From the NCBI GenBank assembly GCA_002269645.1, contig NIVC01002218.1:1-64000 (forward strand): a DNA stretch of 64,000 nucleotides, in the 5' to 3' direction. This DNA is from Macrostomum lignano. Taxonomy: Eukaryota. This document shows, in pieces, positions 38,745 through 49,100 of this stretch; positions within the stretch are counted from its first letter, which is position 1; every line of letters starts with the position of its first letter. The position numbers and the translations under genes are program-made. Below the pieces are notes generated by a model, which worked only from the letters and a program-made list of their open reading frames with translations, ran no database searches and was not told the origin of the DNA.

Positions 38745-39880
38745 CTCCACTCGCCCTACCCTTCTCCCATCTCCCCACCCTTCGCTCCCCTCTCCCTTCC
38801 CTTTCTCTCTCCTCTCCCTACCCTTCGCTCCCCTCTCCCTACCCTTCTCTCTCCTCTCCCTACTCCCTACCAGTGGTCGTGGCGGTGGCGCGAATTCGCG
38901 CCTGCGCGAAAATGGCGCGAATACGCGAATTCTGTGACCATGGCGCGAAAAATGCGGATGGCTAATGGCGCGAAAATATGAAAAATATTCCCCCATTTTT
39001 GCGCTATTTTTTCATTAAGAAGCTTTAAACTCCAGGCACCCATTTGAATAATTAAATTTCATGATGTTCTGCACCTCCATAACTATTTTTACCTTCATAT
39101 TCACATGTGCATGTCTGAATTTGTTGGGTATTCTTAGCTGTATAGTATATATAGATACCTATGGCGCGAAAAAATTTGGGTGGCGCGAAAATTTAGAAGG
39201 AGACCCGCCACGACCACTGCTCCCTACCCTTCTCTCTCCTCTCCCCACCCTCCTCTCCCCTCTGCCTACCCTTCTCTCTCCTCTCCCCACCCTCCTCTCC
39301 CCTCTCTCCTCTCCCTACCCTTCTCTCTCCTCTCCCTACCCTTCTCTCTCCTCTCCCTACCCTTCTCTCTCCTCTCCCCACCCTCCTCTCCCCTCTCCCT
39401 ACCCTTCTCTCTCCTCTCCCCACCCTCCTCTCCCCTCTCTCCTCTCCCTACCCTTCTCTCTCCTCTCCCTACCCTTCTCTCTCCTCTCCCTACCCTTCTC
39501 TCTCCTCTCCCCACCCTCCTCTCCCCTCTCCCTACCCTCCTCTCCCCTCTCCCTACCCTTCTCTCTCCTCTCCCTACCCTTCGCTCCCCTCTCCCCACCC
39601 TTCTCTCTCCTCTCCCTACCCTTCTCTCTCCTCTCCCTACCCTTCGCTCCCCTCTCCCTACCCTTCTCTCTCCTCTCCCCACCCTTCGCTCTCCTCTCCC
39701 TACCCTTCGCTCCCCACTCCCTACCCTTCTCTCTCCCTACCCTTCTCTCTCCTCTCCTTACCCTTCTCTCTCCTCTCCCTACCCTTTGCGCCCCTCTCCC
39801 TACCCTTCTCTCTCGTCTCCCTACCCTTTCTCTCCTCTCCCTGGATCTCTCCCCCTCTCCCTCTCCACTCTCCCTCCCTT
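38745..39880. repeat. CT-rich ~21-bp tandem repeat (ctctcctctccctacccttct), interrupted by a MITE
   Basis: Polypyrimidine array just 3' of UBASH3. Confidence 0.9.
38871..39219. mobile_element. 349-bp hAT-like MITE, TIR CAGTGGTCGTGGCGG, 8-bp TSD ctccctac
   Basis: 15-bp perfect TIR; ctccctac at 38863-38870 and 39220-39227; repeated subterminal GGCGCGAA motifs. Confidence 0.92.
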
Positions 39881-40574
39881 TGTCTCTGGCTGCAATTGCC
39901 ATCGGCGGTCGTTCCCAGCAATCCCTCCGCCACAACAACGTCTTTCTTCACTGTCCATCCAACAGTTATCCTCTACGAGCTTAGCTGTCAACCAGTAAAC
40001 TAATTCGCTAGATATCTGAACTGCAAAACACTTGCAGTTGCAGCTCAAGCACAGCAAATTACACTACTGCTGATAAGTAGTCTGCGATCCGCTGCAATTT
40101 AATAAAAAGTTTTTTTATTTATTTGTTTAACTTTTTGTCGCTTCCGAGCTGTTAACTTGGACCACGTTTTTTTCTATTTTCTCTCGAATATATATTTATT
40201 GATCATCTGAATGTCATTTAGCTGTCAACTTAGTTTTGAAATATTCAAAATTTCAACAGATGTTGGGCCACTTGTTGGGTTCGAAATGTTTTGCGAAGTT
40301 GCCCGCCTTCATAGTTCTCATTCAATCGTGCTTTGTTATTGTTTGCGTATTCAATCAGCTATGAGTTGTATTTTGTTTACTCTTTTCTTGTCGCTTGATT
40401 GCTTTGCCGTCTTTCTCGATTCTCTTCTGCAAAGAAGTGTAGGATAATAAAAGAATCATTTAAGCTTTTTCACAGATTTTATGATATAATAACTGTCCTG
40501 TGCGCTACTGCTTACTAATAGACTCTTATGCAGTAGTATTGTATACCACTTGCGTACCTTTGTTTTCCCAAATC

Positions 40575-40950
40575 TCACTGTCTCTCCCTAATCTCACTGT
40601 CTGTTTACCCCTAATCTCACTGTCTCTCTTATCTCTCTTATCTCACTGTCTCTTTCTCTATCTCATTGTCTCTCCCTAATCTCACTGTCTCTCCCTAGTC
40701 TCACTGTCTCTCTCTCTCCCTCTCTCTAATCTCACTGTCTCTCTATCTAATCTCACTGTCTCTCTCTAATCTCACTGTCTCTTTCTCTAATCTCACTGTC
40801 TCTCTATCTCTAATTTCATTGTCTCTCTCTCTCATCTCACTGTCTCTCTCTCTCTTATCTCACTGTCTCTCTCTCTCTCTCTAATCTCACTGTCTCTCTC
40901 TCCCTAATCTCACTGTCTCTCCCTAATCTCACTGTCTCTCCCTAATTTCT
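40575..40950. repeat. CT-rich tandem repeat (ctaatctcactgtctct...)
   Basis: Variable-length unit of ~17-25 bp. Confidence 0.85.
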
Positions 40951-41389
40951 CCCGAAGCTAAATATGAATGCTCAGATTACTTTGCACTCAGTAAGACTAT
41001 ATTTCAACGCTTTGCCCACGCGCAGCGCACAATAGCATAAAATTTTTAAATATTTCCTTCCCTTTGCTCCGCTATTATATTTTGTATATGCAGTTTTATA
41101 TAGTTAAATGGTAATATAATAAATATTGCTAAGCAAACTCGGATTGCAGCATTTTTTCCATTTTCAAAAGCTATTGTTATTAAATCACTGATTAGCTGTG
41201 CTAAACTGCACTTCTCAGTTACTCTGCTCTCTGTCTGTGTAGAATTTCATTTTCTGTAGTATACCAGCGAAGTAGCGAATAAAATGTCTAGATGCCTGGT
41301 TTATTAATAACTATTATCAGAGTCAGCCAGTCAGCATCTGTCATTTGCACTTTAAAAAGATGTTGACAAGCCTTACAAATTGGTTGGTT

Positions 41390-42660
41390 TCGGGGTGTCA
41401 GGATTGGTATTAGGGTGTCAGGATTGGTATCGGGGTGTCAGGCTTATTGGAGTGTCAGGCTTGGTATTGGGATGTCAAGATTGGTTTTGGGGTGTCAGGA
41501 TTGGTATCAGGGTGTCAGGATTTGTATCAGGGTGTCAGGATTGGTATCAGGGTGTCAGGATTTGTATCAGGGTGTCAGGATTTGTATCAGGGTGTCAGGA
41601 TTAGTATCGGGGGTCAGGCTTTGTATTGGGGTGTCAGGTATAGTATCGGGGTGTCAGGATTGGTATCGGGGTGTCAGGATTGGTATCGGGGTGTCAGGAT
41701 TGGTATCGGGGTGTCAGGATTGGTATCGGGGTGTCAGGATTGGTATCGGGGTGTCAGGTATAGTATCGGGGTGTCAGGATTGGTATCGGGGTGTCAGGTA
41801 TAGTATCGGGGTGTCAGGATTGGTATCGGGGTGTCAGGATTGGTATCGGGGTGTCAGGCTTGGTATTTGAGTGTCAGGCTTGGTATTGGAGTGTCAGGCT
41901 TGGTATTGGGGTGTCAGGCTTGGTATTAGGGTGTCAGGCTTGGTATTGGGGTGTCAAGATTGGTATTGAAGTTTCAGGCTTGGTATTGGGGTGTCAGGCT
42001 TGGTATTTGAGTGTCAGGCTTGGTATTGGAGTGTCAGGCTTGGTATTTGGGTGTCAGGCTTGGTATTGGGGTGTCAGGATTGGTATCAGGGTGTCAGGTA
42101 TAGTATCGGGGTTTCAAGATTGGTATCAGGGTGTCAGGTATAGTATCGGGGTGTCAGGATTGGTATCGGGGTGTCAGGTATAGTATCGGGGTGTCAGGAT
42201 TGGTATCGGGGTGTCAGGATTGGTATCAGGGTGTCAGGATTGGTGTTGGGGTGTCAGGATTGGTATCGTGGTGTCCGGTATAGTATCAGGGTGTCAGGAT
42301 TGGTATCGGGGTGTCAGGATTGGTATCGGGGTGTCAGGTATAGTATCGGGGGTGTCAGGATTGTTATCGGGGTGTCAGGATTGGTATCGGGGTGTCAGGA
42401 TTGGTATCGGGGTGTCAGGATTGGTATCGGGGTGTCAGGATTGGTGTTGGGGTGTCAGGATTGGTATCGGGGTGTCCGGTATAGTATCGGGGTGTCAGGA
42501 TTGGTATCGGGGTGTCAGGATTGGTATCGGGGTGTCAGGATTGGTATCGGGGTGTCAGGATTGGTATCGGGGTGTCAGGATTGGTATCAGGGTGTCAGGA
42601 TTGGTATCGGGGTGTCAGGATTGGTATCAGGGTGTCAGGATTGGTATCGGGGTGTCATCG
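41390..42660. repeat. 20-bp tandem repeat (ggattggtatcggggtgtca)
   Basis: About 60 copies, intergenic. Confidence 0.95.
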
Positions 42661-43197
42661 GTAACTCGTATCGTATGTGCAAACAGCAAAACTAGCATCT
42701 CTTGGTCACAGAATTACATGCAAATAATAACTGGCCATGTTTTGGCGTCATTACAAATGGCATTATGCAGATAGGTGGTCAATAATTTTGTAGCAGTAAA
42801 ATGTATAGATTTCAGAGATAAAATAGCCATGGCAAATGGCGCTATTGACGTTCACAGGTATTAAGGGTTTGACACTGACTGATTTAGAGTTTAATCATGA
42901 GTGTTTAAAGGCTATATTACATCATTTACGAGTAAAAAGCATATAAATTGAGTTGATAATCAAGATAATTAGGTGAGAATAATAAGGGACAGCTGAGTAG
43001 ATAAACAAAGATATTTTGGCATATTCGTAGATAAATATAACACAGCTGTACGAGCTGCCCACGCGTACATGTATTTTCTAGGAACTACATTTCTTATAGA
43101 ATTTTAGGAGGCAGGTTTTACAGAAAACATACAGTAACATACATTAGGAAACTCAAAAATTTATTCAACAAAATTTCCATCACATTTAAAGACAAAC

Positions 43198-46100
43198 TTA
43201 ACCCGATTCGTTTTCATTTTTTAGCTGAGAAATTTCAAACTCTTCGCCGTCCACAGGCGACCGCGACGGCTCCGGGTTGCCAGCCGCGACCTCCGCCCTG
43301 TGCGCCGCCTCCTGGGAGATTCGCTTCTTAGCCGCGATTCGCTGACGCGCAGTCAAAATGGCGTAGACAAGCAGCTCGATCAGCTCGCACACGGTCAGCA
43401 CTGAGATGCCCGACCAGAGGCCCAGTGCGCCTGGTGGGGTGTTCGCTTAGTTTTTTGTTGCATATAGTCTAGCACCCTTTCAAGCCTCTCCACTAGCACA
43501 CTCTATCGCCTGTTGCCCTGTGTTTTTCCACCCCCTCAGCCCATAGCCCCACTCCACTCCCTGCCACTCTGTGTTTTTCTATCCCCTCAGCCCATAGCCC
43601 ACCCCACTCCCTGCCACTCTGTGTTTTTCTATCCCCTCAGCCCATAGCCCACCCCACTCCCTGCCACTCTGTGTTTTTCCACCCCCTTCAGCCCATAGCC
43701 CCACTCCACTCCCTGCCACTCTGTGTTTTTCTACCCCCTCAGCCCATAGCCCCACTCCACTCCCTGCCACTCTGTGTTTTTCTACCCCCCTCAGCCCATA
43801 GCCCCACTCCACTCCCTGCCACTCTGTGTTTTTCTACCCCCCTCAGCCCATAGCCCACCCCACTCCCTGCCACTCTGTGTTTTTCTACCCCCCTCAGCCC
43901 ATAGCCCCACTCCACTCCCTGCCACTCTGTGTTTTTCTACCCCCTCAGCCCATAGCCCACCCCACTCCCTGCCACTCTGTGTTTTTCTACCCCTCAGCCC
44001 ATAGCCCCACTCCACTCCCTGCCACTCTGTGTTTTTCTACCCCCTCAGCCCATAGCCCCACTCCACTCCCTGCCACTCTGTGTTTTTCTACCCCCCTCAG
44101 CCCATAGCCCCACTCCACTCCCTGCCACTTGTGTTTTTCTACCCCCCTCAGCCCATAGCCCCACTCCACTCCCTGCCACTCTGTGTTTTTCTACCCCCCT
44201 CAGCCCATATCCCCACTCCACTCCCTGCCACTCTGTGTTTTTCTACCCCCCTCAGCCCATAGCCCCACTCCACTCCCTGCCACTCTGTGTTTTTCTACCC
44301 CCCTCAGCCCATATCCCCACTCCACTCCCTGCCACTCTGTGTTTTTCTACCCCCTCAGCCCATAGCCCCACTCCACTCCCTGCCACTCTGTGTTTTTCTA
44401 CCCCCCTCAGCCCATAGCCCCACTCCACTCCCTGCCACTCTGTGTTTTTCTACCCCCCTCAGCCCATAGCCCACCCCACTCCCTGCCACTCTGTGTTTTT
44501 CTACCCCCCTCAGCCCATAGCCCCACTCCACTCCCTGCCACTCTGTGTTTTTCTACCCCCCTCAGCCCATAGCCCACCCCACTCCCTGCCACTCTGTGTT
44601 TTTCTACCCCCTCAGCCCATAGCCCCACTCCACTCCCTGCCACTCTGTGTTTTTCTACCCCCCTCAGCCCATAGCCCCACTCCACTCCCTGCCACTCTGT
44701 GTTTTTCTACCCCCCTCAGCCCATAGCCCCACTCCACTCCCTGCCACTTGTGTTTTTCTACCCCCCTCAGCCCATAGCCCCACTCCACTCCCTGCCACTC
44801 TGTGTTTTTCTACCCCCCTCAGCCCATAGCCCCACTCCACTCCCTGCCACTCTGTGTTTTTCTACCCCCCTCAGCCCATAGCCCCACTCCACTCCCTGCC
44901 ACTCTGTGTTTTTCTACCCCCTCAGCCCATAGCCCCACTCCACTCCCTGCCACTCTGTGTTTTTCTACCCCCCTCAGCCCATAGCCCACCCCACTCCCTG
45001 CCACTCTGTGTTTTTCTACCCCCCTCAGCCCATAGCCCCACCTCACTCCCTGTTTTTCTACCCTCTTTTTCCCATAGCCCCAACCACTCCCTGCGCTGTT
45101 TTTCTACCTCTTCATCCTCTAACCCCCCACATCCCTGTTTTTACTCCTCACCATATAGCCCCACACCACTCTCTGTATTTAAACCTCACAGTACCATAAC
45201 TTGTTGCGCAAAAAAACATCACGTGACCGCGAGCAGGCCAGCTTTCATACTCACCGCCAAGATTGGCCATCAAGTTCTTAGTAGTATAGGACGGCTCCTC
45301 GGTCATCTCTTGACCAAAGTCGCTCAAAGCCTGAATGGAGATCTTAGCCAAACTTCGCTCCACATTCTGGAGCTCGTTTGTAAACTCCAGCATCTCGTTA
45401 GCTGATAAATTGGACCGTCTAGCCTGAACCTCCTTGGTCCTGATGTCCATGTAGAACAGATTGGCTACGCCCTTGGAGAATAGGAAATTGTAGGGATAGG
45501 ACCAATCGCCCAGGCTATTGTGCAGAAAGTCCGTAGCGGAGTCAATAGTGAGGCCTGGCCAAGGATAAGTGACGGGTCTGATGGCGTACGACCTCCGCTC
45601 GCACATGTCCAGACAGAGCTGCCTGGCCTCCATCTCGTAGCGGGAGATTGAAGCCATGAGCCGCATGTAGCAGGCCTCAGTGCTCTCAATGCTGAGTAGA
45701 TCCGTCTTGTCATCGAAGCAGTAGTTATAAGTTGGAAAGAATTCCACTGGTATGGGCAGGAAGGAGGGCAGGCACCCGCAGTGCTGGATGAATTTGTGCA
45801 CCGCATAGGTGTTCACGCAGTCGCGCCTGGTGGCTCTCGAGAAATGAATTGTCTGATTCATTTCGCTGCTGCAATCAATCATTTGGTGGGGGGTGCGATG
45901 CCATTGCTTCAGTATGCAGCTTTTGTGCAGTGATATCTGTAAGTTTGCCGTCACTTTATGCAGGTAATTGGCGTCTTCTACTTGTAATTGCCGTCATTTT
46001 ACAGGTAATTGGCGTCTTCTACTTGTAATTGCCATCATTTTACAGGTAATTGGTATCATTATACAAGTAATTGGTATCATTCTACAGGTAATTTGCATCA

Positions 46101-49100
46101 TTCTACAGGTAATTGGTATCATTCTACAGGTAATTGGTATTATTCTACAGGTAATTGGTATCATTCTACAGGTAATTGGTATCATTCTACAGGTAATTGG
46201 TATTATTCTACAGGTAATTGGTATTATTCTACAGGTAATTGGTATCATTCTACAGGTAATTGGTATCATTCTACAGGTAATTGGTATCATTCTACAGGTA
46301 ATTGGTATTATTCTACAGGTAATTGGTATCATTCTACAGGTAATTGGTATCATTCTACAGGTAATTGGTATTATTCTACAGGTAATTGGTATTATTCTAC
46401 AGGTAATTGGTATCATTCTACAGGTAATTGGTATCATTCTACAGGTAATTGGTATCATTCTAAAGATACGTAATTGGCGTCATTCTACACGTAAAGTGGC
46501 GTCATTCTACAGGCAAGCTTACATGCTGGCATTCAGGCTCATCAGGATGCTTTCAAGAATTTGTGTCTTTTTCGCCCAATCCGCCGTGTTTTTCAGCTCG
46601 GTAATATTCACTGATTGCCTAAAAATCAAAGGTTAAATAATCGGATAAATGCTACTAATAAATTGAAACTACTAGTAGTAGGCTAAACGGCCATATTCGC
46701 ACAATCTTCAGAAATAGCTTACAAAGCCTGCGGCGTGTAACGCCAGCTTGACTGCCAAGACGGCAGCCGGTAGGTGACGTCATTCTTACTCTGATTGCAG
46801 GCCTGATCCGGGGGCTTTGAGAACCGGTTCACTTTGTCGTAGCGCATTCGCAGCTCCAGGTGCTGGCCAGGGCTGGCTGTCAGGGCCTTGTCTCGCCAGG
46901 GAAATTGGCCGACTGGAACAACTACCACCTGTGCATTGGATTTTGGTGGATTACAGACAGGTGCTGATATTGTCTAGCAGGTGTTTATACTGTGTCTAAC
47001 AGGCGCTGATACTGTGTCTAACAGGTGCTGATACTGTGTCTAACAAATGCTGATATTGTGTCTAACAGGTGCTGATATTGTCTAACACGTGCTGATATTG
47101 CCTAACAGGTATTGATACTGTGTCTAACAGGTGCTGATATTGTCTAACAGGTGCTGATATTGTCTAACATGTGCTGATATTGTCTAACAGATGTCTAACA
47201 GGTGTCTAACAGGTGTTTAACAGAACGTCTGTTACCTGCATTGCGCTGAAACTGTCGTCATTGGGATTTTCAACGCCTGGGAAGACCACCCGGGACATTC
47301 GATCAATTCCCGGCAGCTGCTGTCCCAGAGAGTCCGTGGCATCCGTGAAGTAGCTCACAGTCAGCGTGGAATCTGTCGCCTTCACGTCCTTGCTCTGCTG
47401 CACCCATTTCTCCTGGTTGAACCGGTGGCAGACGCCGAATTCCGGATGGAACACCGTCGTGAAGTCGTCGATAGTGCACAGATGCTCGCCAAAGGTGCAG
47501 CCCGTGAAGCCGATGCCCATGCTGCTGCTGAACCGGCTGGCCAGCAGGGCGCTGCCGATGCGGTCCCGAACCAGGCCCGGGATGCTCTTCGTCTTGCGGG
47601 CTGCGGTTTGTGTCCGAGAATGGATGTGTCCGAGAATAGGTGTGTCCGAGACTGGGTGTGTCCGAAACTGGGTGTGTCTAAAACTGGGTGTGCCTGAGAC
47701 TGAGTGTGTCCAAAACTGCATGGGTGTGTCCGAGACTGGGTGTGTCCGAAACTGCACGAGTGTGTCTGAGACTTGGTGTGTCTGAGACTGGATGTGTCCG
47801 AGACTGGGTGTGTCCGAGACTTGGTGTGCCCGAGATTGGTGTGTCCGAGACTGGGTGTCCAAGATTGAGTATCCGAGATTTGGTGGGTCCGACACTAGGT
47901 GTCCGAGACCTTACGAGTATCCGAGACTGGGAAATTGTACTGGGAAAATTGCATTGTCCAGTCTATAGAATACTATGTACAGTACTGGAGTCCTTGCATT
48001 GTCCTTGCAGGTCTCCGAGACTAGGTGGCTAGACTGGGTGTTCGAGAATATTTAATTTCTGGAAAACAGGGAGAACATTCTGGAGGACGCTTTACATATT
48101 TTTGGTTTATGTAGAGCGCGATACTACTCACAGCAGGCATCGATGCTGCATGAGCTTAGTAGTATCTCGTCATTGGTGATTGAAATCGGACAGACTGGTT
48201 TAGCGGTGTCCACTATAGTTGTCCGGCTGAAAAAGTTAGCGCAAAATTATTTGTTATTATTCTGTAACTTTATTAACTATATAAACTCAAAGATGACTTT
48301 TCTACTGGTAGTGGTTTGGATTTGGTTTTCAAGTATTTAAGTTTTTAATTGCATTGTCCAGTTAATAAAATACTATGTACTGGGTAAATTGCATTGTCCA
48401 GTCCATAGAATACTGTGTACTGCATAGGGTCCTTGCATTGTCCAGTCCATAGAATACTGTGTACTGCATAGGGTCCTTGCATTGTCCAGTCCATAGAATA
48501 CTGTGTACTGCATAGGGTCCTTGCATTGCGCAGTCTATAGAATAATATACTACGTTGACGATTACAGATGTTATATCCAAAGCTCGCTTACATGAAGTAA
48601 TGTCGGCCGGTCTTCTGCTCGGTTACCGCTGCATCCAGAAGAACCCTGGCCGCTCGACAGAAATTGTTCGCCTTCCTGCCATTGGTGTACAGCTCGAAGT
48701 CCGGGGTTTCGATGTACACATCAAGGATATTGACTGGAAGGGGGGCGTATGTCAGACAGTCACGGGATGACAGCTGTGTGTCAGACAGTTATGGGATGAC
48801 AGCTGTGTGTCAGACAGTTATGGGATGACAGCTGTGTGTCAGACAGTCACGGGATGACAGCTGTGTGTCAGACAGTCATGGGATGACAGCTGTGTGTCAG
48901 ACAGTCACGGGATGACAGCTGTGTGTCAGACAGTCACGGGATGACAGCTGTGTGTCAGACAGTCACGGGATGACAGCTGTGTGTCAGACAGTCACGGGAT
49001 GACAGCTGTGTGTCAGACAGTCACAGTATGTATCAGTATTCCAGACTTCGGGGTGCTTCAGGATATCTGAACTAATTAAAAGATGTGTCAGGAAGTCTAA

